Shown one piece after another: positions 9,137 to 18,243 of a stretch of 63,358 bases of DNA. Made by a program: the position numbers and the translations under genes. The notes under the pieces were generated by a model, which saw nothing but the letters and a program-made list of their open reading frames with translations, was not told the DNA's origin and searched no databases. Source of the DNA: Minisyncoccota bacterium (lineage in GTDB: Bacteria > Patescibacteriota > Minisyncoccia > JAHIHE01 > JAGLIN01); assembly GCA_023137595.1 (NCBI GenBank), contig JAGLOZ010000002.1, positions 1 to 63,358 of the forward strand. Reading direction: 5' to 3'. Numbering within the stretch: the first letter of the stretch is position 1; every line of letters begins with the position of its first letter.

Positions 9137-9232
9137 AAAAATTAAATCCTACAAACACAAAACTTGTCTATTTCAACAGACTGTTAGATAAATAAAAAAC
9201 ACCACAAAAACTAATTGCGATATTTCTTGTTG

Positions 9233-9305
9233 AGCCGTTGTGCGGATTCGAACCGCAGACCTATTCCCTACCAAGGAATTGCTCTACCAACTGAGCTACA
9301 ACGGC
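9233..9305 (-). tRNA. trnT: tRNA-Thr (anticodon GGU)
   Basis: Cloverleaf. Acceptor GCCGTTG/CAACGGC, anticodon arm ATTCC-TTGGTAG-GGAAT, T-loop TTCGAAT. Confidence 0.85.
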
Positions 9306-9314
9306 AAAATTATA

Positions 9315-9387
9315 TAACGCAAAACGTGTAACTTATAATGCAACTACTTTACTATATTGCATATTACATGTTACACGTTTTGCGTTA
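9315..9387. repeat. 73-bp hairpin between the two tRNA-Thr genes
   Basis: Perfect 18-bp arms TAACGCAAAACGTGTAAC / GTTACACGTTTTGCGTTA, plus an imperfect inner stem. Confidence 0.7.
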
Positions 9388-9397
9388 CACGAACTTG

Positions 9398-9469
9398 AGC
9401 CGACTGTCAGATTCGAACTGACGACCTGCTGTTTACAAAACAGCTGCTCTACCACTGAGCTAAGTCGGC
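9398..9469 (-). tRNA. trnT: tRNA-Thr (anticodon UGU)
   Basis: Cloverleaf. Acceptor GCCGACT/AGTCGGC, anticodon arm GCTGT-TTTGTAA-ACAGC, T-loop TTCGAAT. Confidence 0.85.
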
Positions 9470-9638
9470 GCGCTAACTCACAACTAACAACTTATTACAA
9501 ATAACCTTCCTAAATTTTATCATTAAATTGCTATGCTATGCATAATAATAGAACAATTTAGCAATACAACAATTTGTTTTATATTGAAAATTTAAGTGAG
9601 CTAAAGTAAAAATTCTATTTCCCTACAGTCCTTAATGC

Positions 9639-10541
9639 CTATTTTCTATTCTTTTTTTCTTCTTTTTCCTGAATGTCAACATCTTTTTTCATAATTTTCT
9701 TTTCCTCCTTTGCTTTCTTTTTATTTTCTTTTTTATCTTTCATTCTCTCCATCAAGTCAACGATCTTTTTTTTGGCTTTTGTATAGGTCGGATCTATTTT
9801 TGTAATTTGACGAAAACAGGAAATAGCATCTTTATAATTTTTTCTTCTTGAATATATAATTCCTAATTTCCAATATGCTTTTATGTCAATCGGGTTTTTT
9901 AGTATTATATTTATATATTCCTTTTCCTTGCCTTTCGCGTTTTCCTTTTTTGCGTATGCCTCTATTTCTTCTTTCGCATCTTTTTCAAATTTAGAAGCAT
10001 CGTTCTCTTTCTCGCCGCTATCTGTTGACTCTACTATTTTATCATTATCCATATTTCCCAAGGCTTCGTTTTTCTGTAATTCATTTTCCACAATACCTGC
10101 TTCTTTTTGCAAAAATTCACTATCTTTTTCTTTTGCCTGACCTTCTTCAATTTTTTCTTTTACATCTTCATATTTATCAAAGCTATCAGTTTCTTCGCTT
10201 TTGTCAATTTCAATTTCTTCATGCTTTTCCCTTAATTTATCCAGAAGAGAAATAATTTTATTATCAATTTTTAAAAATCTAATTCTTGTCTTTCGCAAAA
10301 TCTTTTCAAGCCAAACCCACATTAGGTTGATCTTTTTTTTATATTCTTCCTTGTTGATTCTTTTCTTGATCCTACTATACAAATAGAAAAACTTTTCTTT
10401 TTCTTCCTTGTCTTCTTCCTTGTGAAAAAAAAGATTCTCCTCATTTAAATTCCTTACCTTTGAAATGTTTCTGCCCAAAATAACAATAATAATTCCTGTT
10501 GAAATAATTATAATAATTTGAGGCATTAAGTCAAATGTCAT
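9639..10541 (-). CDS. TM-anchored Lys/Glu-rich protein with a C-terminal TPR-like repeat
   Basis: N-terminal TM helix. Low-complexity KE-rich core. AYWKLGIIYSRRKNYKDAISCFRQITKIDP is TPR-like. Confidence 0.55.
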   Translation of the reverse strand: MTFDLMPQIIIIISTGIIIVILGRNISKVRNLNEENLFFHKEEDKEEKEKFFYLYSRIKKRINKEEYKKKINLMWVWLEKILRKTRIRFLKIDNKIISLLDKLREKHEEIEIDKSEETDSFDKYEDVKEKIEEGQAKEKDSEFLQKEAGIVENELQKNEALGNMDNDKIVESTDSGEKENDASKFEKDAKEEIEAYAKKENAKGKEKEYINIILKNPIDIKAYWKLGIIYSRRKNYKDAISCFRQITKIDPTYTKAKKKIVDLMERMKDKKENKKKAKEEKKIMKKDVDIQEKEEKKNRK

Positions 10542-10659
10542 ATTTTTTATTTTTTATACTTTATATAGCGTTATCCTTCTTCAAGATGACATAACTTTAT
10601 TTAGAGCCTTTTTAAAAAATGAAAGGCTAAAGCCTAAATTCCACTTTTCAAGCTAGCTC

Positions 10660-11436
10660 TTAAGCTTTTAATTCACTAATATGAACCTTTTTTTTATTTT
10701 TATTTTCAAATTCAACAGTAACCTTCTCCGCTAATACGTCTAATTCCGTAATTTTTACTTCTTTGCCTTCAATTGTAAACTTCTTTCCTATCTTTGGCAT
10801 TTTTAATAAACTTTTTCTATATTGTTCAGATTCAAAACCCAAACAACACTTAAGCCTTCCACATAACCCAGAGAGCCTTTCGCTTCCTCTTTGCCCCATT
10901 TGTTGCACTTTAGCATCTTCTGTTATAACACTTTTTAAATTGCCTGAAAACTTTATACAACACAACTCCCTTCCACATACGCCAAACCCTCCTCTTCCTC
11001 TTGCCTCATCTCTGGAGCCAATTTGCTGTAATCTTATGGATCGTTGAAATTTTTTTGAAAGACTTTTTACCAGATCTCGAAAATCAACTCTTTTCTCGGC
11101 AATGAACGAAAAAATCACTCTTCCTCCGTCAAAACTAAAACGCGCATTAACAATTTTCATAGCCAATTTTTTCTCGTTAACCAAATTTCTGCAAATTTTA
11201 ACCGCATCTTCGTTTTTTTTCTTATTTTTTTCTATTACCTCAAGATCAATTGAAGTTGCCTTTCTTGCTATATTTGGAACTTCCTCTTTGCTTTCAATGT
11301 CTATTTTTTCAACTACCCCGCTTTCTATTCCAGAATCAACATTAACGATAATAACATCTCCTACTTCAAGACTCCAACTCCCGGAATCAAACACAAGCGG
11401 ATTCTCCCAAGGAAATATTTTTGCGCTTATTTTCAT
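10660..11436 (-). CDS. PSP1 domain protein (YaaT/RicT-like)
   Basis: RVDFRDLVKSLSKKFQRSIRLQQIGSRDEARGRGGFGVCGRELCC motif. Start set to ATG 11436. Confidence 0.75.
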   Translation of the reverse strand: MKISAKIFPWENPLVFDSGSWSLEVGDVIIVNVDSGIESGVVEKIDIESKEEVPNIARKATSIDLEVIEKNKKKNEDAVKICRNLVNEKKLAMKIVNARFSFDGGRVIFSFIAEKRVDFRDLVKSLSKKFQRSIRLQQIGSRDEARGRGGFGVCGRELCCIKFSGNLKSVITEDAKVQQMGQRGSERLSGLCGRLKCCLGFESEQYRKSLLKMPKIGKKFTIEGKEVKITELDVLAEKVTVEFENKNKKKVHISELKA

Positions 11437-11446
11437 ATTTATTTTG

Positions 11447-12031
11447 TTATATCTCAAATCTGACAATATTTTTCACTTTTATATTTTCTCCCAACTTCGC
11501 AATTTTTTCCGTTATCAATTGTTCAATAGTAAGATCGGTATCTTTTACGAATGACTGAGTCAACAAACAAACTTCATTAAAATATTTTTTTATTTTACCT
11601 TCAACTATTTTTTCCGCGATATCTTCCGGTTTATTTTCCTTTTTAACTTCTTCTTTCAATTCTTCTTTCTTGTTTTTCATTTCTTCAGGATCTATATCGC
11701 TGTAATCAATATACTTCGGACCAGTAGCCGCAACATGCATTGCAAGATCATGCGCAAATTCTCTAAACTCTTCATTTCTCGCGACAAAATCGGTTTCACA
11801 ATTGATCTCAACCAAAACCCCGACTTTTCCATTACTGTGAATATATGATCCAATATATCCCTCTGCCATCCCTCTGCCACATTTTTTATCAGCCACCTTT
11901 GATCCGCTTTTTTGCATAATTTTTATTGCTCCTTCAATATCGCCGGAACTTTCTTCAAGCGCTTTTTTGCACTGCATCATGCTCGCGCCCGTGCGATCTC
12001 TTAAATTTTTTACATCTTGAGCTGCAATCAT
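11447..12031 (-). CDS. tsf: elongation factor Ts (short form)
   Basis: VKNLRDRTGASMMQCKKALEES N-terminal UBA-like motif. Adjacent to rpsB. Confidence 0.9.
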   Translation of the reverse strand: MIAAQDVKNLRDRTGASMMQCKKALEESSGDIEGAIKIMQKSGSKVADKKCGRGMAEGYIGSYIHSNGKVGVLVEINCETDFVARNEEFREFAHDLAMHVAATGPKYIDYSDIDPEEMKNKKEELKEEVKKENKPEDIAEKIVEGKIKKYFNEVCLLTQSFVKDTDLTIEQLITEKIAKLGENIKVKNIVRFEI

Positions 12032-12144
12032 AATATTCGTATTAATATTTAAACTTCTAGGTTGAAAATTCTAATAAATTTAGAACTTATACTTTTGTTT
12101 TGTATATTAGCGGTTAGCCCCCAAACACGTAATTCCTAAAATTA

Positions 12145-12843
12145 CTATTTTTTAGCTTCAATTATCATATCAGCGACAGCATTTGCCATTAATTTAATTG
12201 CTCCAACCGCATCATCATTAGAAGGAATTGGATAATTAACTAATGTAGGGTCAATATTGGTATCTGCAATAGCAACTATTGGAATTTTTTTTGAATTAGA
12301 CTCGGTAACTGCCGTTAGGTCTTCTTTCGCATCAATAATAAAAACAGCTTCCGGAAGTTTTTTCATAATTTTAATACCGCCGAACTTTCGCTCAAGCCTG
12401 TTTATCTCTCTGTCTATTTCCAATCTTTCTTTTTTGTTATATTTCTTTTCCAGCTCCCCGCTTTCTTTTTCCAATACCATTTTTTCAAGTCTCTTTATGC
12501 TACTTGCAATTTTTTCGAAATTTGTGAATGTTCCGCCAAGCCACCTCTCTGTAACATAAGGCATACCGCACTTTTCTGCCGCTTCTTTTACAGTTTCTCT
12601 TGCTTGCTTCTTTGTGCCTACAAAAAGAATAACTCCGCCCTTAGATGATACATCTTTTATAAACTCAAGAGCCTCGTTTAATTTTACCATGGTCTTTCCT
12701 AAATCTATGATACTTATGCCGTTTCTTACCGTATAAACATATTGGCTCATTTTTGGATGCCTTTTGGATTTTTTATGACCGAAATGAACTCCTACTTTTA
12801 GCATATTCATCATGCTGATTTCTTCCTTTTTTTTACTTTCCAT
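12145..12843 (-). CDS. rpsB: 30S ribosomal protein S2
   Basis: LKVGVHFGHKKSKRHPKM motif, with tsf downstream. Confidence 0.9.
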   Translation of the reverse strand: MESKKKEEISMMNMLKVGVHFGHKKSKRHPKMSQYVYTVRNGISIIDLGKTMVKLNEALEFIKDVSSKGGVILFVGTKKQARETVKEAAEKCGMPYVTERWLGGTFTNFEKIASSIKRLEKMVLEKESGELEKKYNKKERLEIDREINRLERKFGGIKIMKKLPEAVFIIDAKEDLTAVTESNSKKIPIVAIADTNIDPTLVNYPIPSNDDAVGAIKLMANAVADMIIEAKK

Positions 12844-13400
12844 TATTTTTTACCTTTCTTTCCAACATATTGATTTAAACACAAAAAACACTTGCAATTT
12901 ATATTTAAACAAAGTTATTCGCCTTTTTAATATGTCAGTTTTGTCAAAAATTTGACAAATTTAATAAATTAAAAATGTTAAGGACTTTTAATAACCTTAA
13001 TACTAAAATAGTATATCATAAAAATAAAATATGGCAATAGGTATAGAATAATGAATGATAAATTATGGATTATGAATAGAAAGCTCCAAAAAACTAATAA
13101 ATTCCTCTTTTATAATCCATTTTTTGCCTTAAATCATGGATTCTCTTCTCAGAAGAATGACAAAAATTGCATTTTAAGAGATTTCAACAATATCTTAGCA
13201 GTATAATATACACAGAGATACCACTGGAGCTTAGATTTACAATCTCCTGTGGATTATATGATTAATAATAACCTATTATCCAGAACGTGTTGGACTAATA
13301 CAAAAATTTGCCAAAATTAAATATTTCTGCTACAATCTATTTGCGTTTATATAGACAGGTCAAATAACGGTTTTTTAATTTTATTTTTACTACAATAAAC

Positions 13401-13706
13401 ATGAAAAAGAAGATACATCCAAAATATAATGAATGTAATGTAAAATGCGTTTGTGGCAATATCTTTATAACAAAATCAACTTTAGCTGAAATAAATGTTG
13501 AAGTTTGTGGCTTTTGTCATCCTGTATACACGGGAAAACAAAAGATCGTAGATTCCACGGGAAGAGTAGAAAGATTTCAGAAAATGGTCAATAAAAAAGG
13601 ATCAAAAACAGTAAGATCAAAAACAGAAAAAAGAGCTAAAAAATCCGAGAAAAAAATTGAGGCTAAAAGTAAGATCGAAGATACGAAAGAAAAAAGTGAA
13701 AAATAG
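13401..13706 (+). CDS. rpmE: 50S ribosomal protein L31 with a Lys-rich tail
   Basis: MKKKIHPKY...[13 protein letters not shown]...GRVERFQK. Confidence 0.9.
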   Translation: MKKKIHPKYNECNVKCVCGNIFITKSTLAEINVEVCGFCHPVYTGKQKIVDSTGRVERFQKMVNKKGSKTVRSKTEKRAKKSEKKIEAKSKIEDTKEKSEK

Positions 13707-13716
13707 CTTATTATAT

Positions 13717-13782
13717 GATAAATACCCCGTTCTGGTTTATGTTCTGCTCAAAGTAGAATAAACCAAAGCGGGGTTATTTATA
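13717..13782 (+). terminator. long imperfect hairpin after rpmE
   Basis: ATAAATACCCCG...CGGGGTTATTTAT with an inner GGTTTAT/ATAAACC stem. Confidence 0.5.
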
Positions 13783-13800
13783 AAGTAGATTCATTGATAC

Positions 13801-14025
13801 GGACGCAAAGCATGAATTGGAGTTCTTACGAAAGTAAGTAGGAGCGCAAGATTTTGCGTTCACTTACGAAAGTAAGTAGGAACGCAAGATTTTGCGTTCA
13901 CACGTAAAATTAGCGAATTTCAAAAAAATTGTGACATTTCTTCCTGACTGAAGTTTACGCTGAATCCATTCGGCAAGCTCAGAACAAGCTTATTTCGGTA
14001 TCAAGATTCCGTTGTATTCAAATTC
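13801..14025. repeat. intergenic repeat family B (copy 1, with an internal 38-nt tandem duplication)
   Basis: Shares gacgcaaag..ggagt, acgcaa.attttgcgtt and gaatttcaaaa.aattgtga.atttcttcctgact blocks with 31921-32067, 34307-34455, 41559-41709 and 49111-49306. The unit cttacgaaagtaagtagga.cgcaagattttgcgttca occurs twice. Confidence 0.75.
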
Positions 14026-14039
14026 TTACGCTTTAAATT

Positions 14040-15104
14040 ATGAAAAACAAATTAGAAAAAATAAAAAAAGAATATGGAGAGATCACGGAAGAACTCAGCA
14101 AAACTGGTGTTGTTTCTGACGTAAGAAAATTCAAAAATTTAAATAAAAAGCAAAGTAAGCTTAAAGAAATTATAGATAAATATGAGCAATTTTTAATAAT
14201 AGAAAAGACTATAAAAGAAAATAGCGAGATAATAAGAAAAGAAGAAGATCGGGAATTAGTGTCAATGGCCGCTGAAGAAAACGAGAAGATAGCAGAAAAA
14301 AAAGAAAAGCTAGAAAAAGAGATCCAACTTCTTATAATCCCAAAAGATCCAAAAGATGAAAAAGATGTCCTGATAGAGATCAGAGCCGGCGCGGGAGGAG
14401 ACGAGGCCGGACTCTTTGCCTCTGAATTGTTCAGAATGTATGCAAAATTCGCTGAAAATAATAATTGGAAAACAATCATTTTAAGTTCAAACAGAACGCC
14501 GATTGGCGGATTTAAAGAAATTATTTTTGAAGTGAATGGACAAGATGTCTATTCAAAAATAAAATATGAAAGCGGAGTTCATCGAGTGCAAAGAGTGCCT
14601 GAAACTGAAAAACAGGGCCGCGTACACACTTCAACCGCGACTGTCGCGGTTTTGCCTCAAGCCGAAGAAACTGATATAAAAATTAGAAATGAGGACATCA
14701 GAATTGACATTTTTCGATCATCAGGTCCGGGCGGACAAAGCGTTAATACGACAGATTCTGCCGTCCGAATAACGCACATTCTAACCGGAGTAACCGTATC
14801 CTGCCAAGACGAAAAATCACAACTGAAGAACAAAAATAAGGCTATGCAAATTCTGCGCTCAAGACTTCTTGCTATTGAAGAAGAAAGAAAAGCAAAGGAA
14901 GAGTCTGGCGCAAGAAAGAGCCAGATTGGCACAGGGGACAGAAGTGAAAAAATTAGAACATATAATTTCCCGCAAGACAGGATTACCGATCACAGAATAA
15001 AAAAAAGCTGGCATGAAATTGAAAGCATCCTTGAAGGAGATCTGGATAATATAATCAGCTCTCTGCAACAAGCAGATCAGGAGAAAAAGAAAGAGAACGA
15101 ATAA
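14040..15104 (+). CDS. prfA: peptide chain release factor 1
   Basis: RVQRVPETE (RF1 P-x-T position) and [19 protein letters not shown] motifs. Confidence 0.9.
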   Translation: MKNKLEKIKKEYGEITEELSKTGVVSDVRKFKNLNKKQSKLKEIIDKYEQFLIIEKTIKENSEIIRKEEDRELVSMAAEENEKIAEKKEKLEKEIQLLIIPKDPKDEKDVLIEIRAGAGGDEAGLFASELFRMYAKFAENNNWKTIILSSNRTPIGGFKEIIFEVNGQDVYSKIKYESGVHRVQRVPETEKQGRVHTSTATVAVLPQAEETDIKIRNEDIRIDIFRSSGPGGQSVNTTDSAVRITHILTGVTVSCQDEKSQLKNKNKAMQILRSRLLAIEEERKAKEESGARKSQIGTGDRSEKIRTYNFPQDRITDHRIKKSWHEIESILEGDLDNIISSLQQADQEKKKENE

Positions 15105-15204
15105 AAAATTAAAAAAACAAATGTTTTTACACGCTTGAAATGAGTGTTTTTTTATTCACAATTTAAGGGTTGACAGATCCCAGGAAGCATGCTAAGCTGT
15201 TATG

Positions 15205-15451
15205 TTGGCTTGGGAATGATCTTCGTCGCTTTATGTCCTGAAAATAATGAAAAGGGAAATAATAACGAAAGAAAAAAGCGAGGAAGGGTCTGTTAAGACG
15301 ACATAAAAAATCCCGAAGGAAGATTTGCTCTCGCGAAAACGAGAAAACGATTCAATACCTCTACTTGAATCAAAAAAAGAGGTAACCTGAATTAACAAAT
15401 CTTCCTTCTTCCAATTCTTCTGTTTCACTAAAAGCCAGCAGGCTGTTTTTT
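15205..15451 (+). ncRNA. candidate structured RNA of about 250 nt (class not identified)
   Basis: Promoter TTGACA (15170-15175), 17-nt spacer, TAAGCT (15193-15198). Perfect 13-bp pairing GAAGGAAGATTTG/CAAATCTTCCTTC. Nested hairpins TCTCG/CGAGA, GATTCAA/TTGAATC and TTATGTC/GACATAA. It ends AGCCagcaGGCTGTTTTTTT. The only ORF is antisense and low-complexity. Confidence 0.4.
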
Positions 15452-15527
15452 TGTGCGTAAATGCTTACAAATCTAAAAACGCCAGGTATTTTTATTAAAC
15501 CCTGTTCCAATCCCTAAGAAGCTAAAA

Positions 15528-15547
15528 CCTGCCTGTCGACAGGCAGG
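15528..15547. repeat. perfect 20-bp palindrome CCTGCCTGTCGACAGGCAGG
   Basis: It interrupts a CTAAGAAGCTA..CAACCTAAAAA leader-type motif. Related cctg.c.g...c.ggcagg hairpins occur at about 54616-54633 and inside xseA at about 58706-58752. Confidence 0.7.
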
Positions 15548-15569
15548 GCTACAACCTAAAAAGCTAATT

Positions 15570-16004
15570 TTACGAATTAATCCCAACGATCAGATATCCC
15601 GCGACTATTAAAAAAATCTGAATAATAAGAGTATTGAAAGCAAGAAAATAGGAAGCAAGTTTTTCTTTATTATACAGAATATAGCCAAGAACTGAATTAA
15701 ATAAAATTAAAATTAATCCCACAAAAGAAATCAAATAAATTTTTTCATAATCACCCAGACAATCTACTCCAAAGATCAAATTATAATGCAAAATTATCGG
15801 ATAATCGCTTTCTTTTTTATTTTGAAAAAAATAGATCCAAAGAGATATGTTTAAGAACAAGCTCAGGGCGGTCAAATTCACGATCAACCTATCTTTCCAA
15901 AATGAATTTGAAAAAAATATTTTAAATCCACTCAGCAAAAACTTCAGAAAAATAAAAATTCTTCTTATAATAACTTTTATCAACTTTTCTTTTTTTTCCG
16001 ACAT
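15570..16004 (-). CDS. hypothetical membrane protein (144 aa)
   Basis: ORF track. Four predicted TM helices. Confidence 0.55.
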   Translation of the reverse strand: MSEKKEKLIKVIIRRIFIFLKFLLSGFKIFFSNSFWKDRLIVNLTALSLFLNISLWIYFFQNKKESDYPIILHYNLIFGVDCLGDYEKIYLISFVGLILILFNSVLGYILYNKEKLASYFLAFNTLIIQIFLIVAGYLIVGINS

Positions 16005-16077
16005 TGATTTTTGATTAGATTAATTTATTTTTCTAGCACATAATAGCAATTTATGATCCCATCGGAATATTTCATCA

Positions 16078-16255
16078 TCTTCCTGACAAGGGAAGATTAG
16101 GGGATTTAAATACGAGCAGAATTGAAATTATAATGGAGAGTGAGAAGACTTTCTAAATTTTTTATTTAAAATTATAGTTCTGTGATATTTCAAACCCCTC
16201 TCAGCCTCTCCTCGTTCGGCTTCGCTCAGGACAAGCTCCTTTCAGAGAAGAAATT
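16078..16255. repeat. intergenic repeat family G
   Basis: ctgacaag.gga...ggggatttaaa...attataa...gctcaggacaagct. A second copy lies at 59195-59382. Confidence 0.55.
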
Positions 16256-16261
16256 CACATT

Positions 16262-16416
16262 AAATTCCGGATCATACACGATTTAACCTATTTAATAATT
16301 AGAACTTTCTTGTTTTTGTCATTCTGAACTTGTTTCAGAATGACAGGTTTTTAAGAATAGTGAAATAGAGCGAAAAAAATTAAACTAGGGTTAAATTGCG
16401 CATGATCCGAAATTCC
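16262..16416. mobile_element. short MITE-like element (family A relative)
   Basis: About 29-bp terminal inverted repeats, aaattccggatcatacacgatttaaccta / tagggttaaattgcgcatgatccgaaattcc. The central hairpin is tgtcattctgaa-cttgtt-tcagaatgaca. Confidence 0.65.
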
Positions 16417-16422
16417 TTAGCA

Positions 16423-17346
16423 TTAAATCAACAACACCGCAACATATCCCATAAAAGAAAAAAACGACATTAAGGGGAGAGCCGGGATTGCTCTTTTTTC
16501 TTTTTGGGTTACAAAAATTATATGATTAACAGCAAGCCCGACAACTGCTCCTAAAATTATAGCAATAGAAAATTTAATTCCATCGACATAAAAAGCGGAG
16601 GATGCAAAAAACAAAGGCAGGGCTATGTCCCCTGTTCCAAGAAAAATAAATTCACTTCTGTTCTCAGATCTAATGACGCTAAATTTGTTTTTCCATAAAG
16701 AAAAACTTTTTGGAATTATAAGCGCGAGCACAGCTCCCTTTTCCGCCATACCTTTAAAAAGTTTTACCATATGGCAAGTTTTATAAACGGCTATAATATC
16801 ATAGACGGAAAGAAAAATTAATATAAAAATAGCAAAATTCGGCTTTACGCTAGCTCCCAGACTGGCAGCAATACCCGAAATTCCGATTATTATGATGATA
16901 TTTTGCGTCCAAATTCTCGGATATATAAATCGAAAAATAACAAGCAAAATAGAAGCTAGAAACGCATAAATACTCGAAAGAAAGAGCCCAAAAGGACCTT
17001 GAGCGCCAAAAATTATCGCTCCGGCAAAAAGAAATTTAAACAAAAACTTGCCTTTGAGCTTTTTCAAAAACAGAATCATCAGCAAAGTAGCAATAAAAAA
17101 CGAAAGAAGGAATTGGAATATATCAATTTCAGCCGGCTCATAAAAAGGTTTTAGACTTGAAGAATCAGGTTCTATCGCCGGGGCTGATTGTGAAGGAATA
17201 TAAACAGATCTAACCGATTCCAAGGTGTAAGCAGCTTTTCCGGTTATCATGCTATTTACCACTAAGATGGACAATATCGCCGTCAATAAAAAAGCAATGA
17301 CTATTTGAACCAAAAAATTCAGCTTTAAATCTCTTTTATTTTTCAT
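16423..17346 (-). CDS. presenilin/signal-peptide-peptidase family intramembrane aspartyl protease (archaeal PSH-like)
   Basis: Polytopic membrane protein carrying, in order, the motifs SVYDIIAV (YD), LGTGDIALP (GxGD) and AIPALP (PAL). Confidence 0.7.
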   Translation of the reverse strand: MKNKRDLKLNFLVQIVIAFLLTAILSILVVNSMITGKAAYTLESVRSVYIPSQSAPAIEPDSSSLKPFYEPAEIDIFQFLLSFFIATLLMILFLKKLKGKFLFKFLFAGAIIFGAQGPFGLFLSSIYAFLASILLVIFRFIYPRIWTQNIIIIIGISGIAASLGASVKPNFAIFILIFLSVYDIIAVYKTCHMVKLFKGMAEKGAVLALIIPKSFSLWKNKFSVIRSENRSEFIFLGTGDIALPLFFASSAFYVDGIKFSIAIILGAVVGLAVNHIIFVTQKEKRAIPALPLMSFFSFMGYVAVLLI

Positions 17347-17347
17347 T

Positions 17348-17794
17348 TTATTTTTTTCTAAAAATCAACCAGTTTTTTTCTTTGTTTTTTTCACTTCCAA
17401 ATCCCCTTGTTTTTATAAGCGCGAATTCACCTTTTATTTTTTTGCCATTTAGCATAACAATAATTTCCTTTAATTCTCCCAAATCATTATATTTTTTGCT
17501 TATCAGCTCATAGCTGCCATTATCCCATATGATCACTTCTCCCGCCCCATAATTTCCTTCCTCTATTATTCCTTCAAAATCAATATAATTCATATCATGA
17601 TCTTCAACCTGAATCGCCAACCGTTTTATTCCGATTCCGTCAGAAATATTTTTCGGCACAGCCCAAGATTTGAGAATATAGTTCTCGCTATCCCCTTCTT
17701 CTAACATTTCAAGTCTGAAATCATAATGAAGATGGCTTGCGTGGTGCTCCTGAATGACAAAACGGAGTTGTTTTCCTGAAGATTGAGTCAGCAT
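17348..17794 (-). CDS. stand-alone LigD-type 3'-phosphoesterase domain protein
   Basis: FVIQEHHASHLHYDFRLE...KSWAVPK motifs. Its stop lies 1 nt before the start of the downstream protease gene. Confidence 0.75.
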   Translation of the reverse strand: MLTQSSGKQLRFVIQEHHASHLHYDFRLEMLEEGDSENYILKSWAVPKNISDGIGIKRLAIQVEDHDMNYIDFEGIIEEGNYGAGEVIIWDNGSYELISKKYNDLGELKEIIVMLNGKKIKGEFALIKTRGFGSEKNKEKNWLIFRKK

Positions 17795-17910
17795 ATGTTT
17801 AGTATTCAGTGTTTAGCATTAAATATAATAAAACTACAAAAACGATTGACAAAAATGAATTTACTGTTTAGCATAAAGTAGCTTTTTAAAAAAATGCTAG
17901 AGGTGTAATA

Positions 17911-18210
17911 TTGAGTTATATAAAAAATATTTTTGAACTAGAAACTGAAGAAAATAAATATTATGTGATAATTGGAATACCCTTTGAAGGGGTAGTAGAT
18001 GAAGAAACAGCAATTGAAGAGACAGATCAAATAACAATCACATCAACTTTTGAAATAAAAGTTGAAAAGATAAATGAGCATCTTTTAAGAATAAGCTTTG
18101 ACGAAAAAGAAAACGAAACAAAAATAAATATAATTTTCCATCCTGGATCAGAAAAAAGAGCAACAATAAAGAAGAAGAATAAGGGGATTGTCGGAATAGA
18201 AATAGAATAA
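17911..18210 (+). CDS. hypothetical protein (99 aa)
   Basis: TTG start with an AGAGGTG SD. Terminator at 18217-18243. Confidence 0.45.
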   Translation: MSYIKNIFELETEENKYYVIIGIPFEGVVDEETAIEETDQITITSTFEIKVEKINEHLLRISFDEKENETKINIIFHPGSEKRATIKKKNKGIVGIEIE

Positions 18211-18216
18211 ACATCT

Positions 18217-18243
18217 ACTGGGCAACGCTCCAGTCTTTTTTTA
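18217..18243. terminator. bidirectional terminator (17911 ORF / alaS)
   Basis: ACTGG-gcaacgct-CCAGT followed by TCTTTTTTT. Confidence 0.6.

Noticed and set aside
14033-14479. Long antisense or shadow ORFs overlapping confident genes. Examples: 14033-14479, 8141-8545, 11102-11554, 19562-19930, 28789-29190, 29215-29790, 45199-45657, 48613-49023, 57639-58091 and 62417-62653.
   Set aside because: They lie opposite well-supported conserved genes. Their translations are Ser/Phe/Leu/Ile-rich and low-complexity, as is typical for antisense frames of AT-rich coding DNA. They have no SD.
15231-15428. 65-aa minus-strand ORF inside the 15.2-kb structured region.
   Set aside because: It has no SD or promoter context and a low-complexity, serine/phenylalanine-rich translation. 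The region is better explained by plus-strand promoter, helices and terminator.
15205-15451. Assigning the candidate RNA to tmRNA, RNase P, SRP RNA or 6S RNA.
   Set aside because: By eye I could not find the tRNA-like 3' end (GGTTCGAATCC...CCA), the GAGGAAAGUCC P4 core or the GGAA-tetraloop SRP domain IV. The class is left open pending a covariance-model search.
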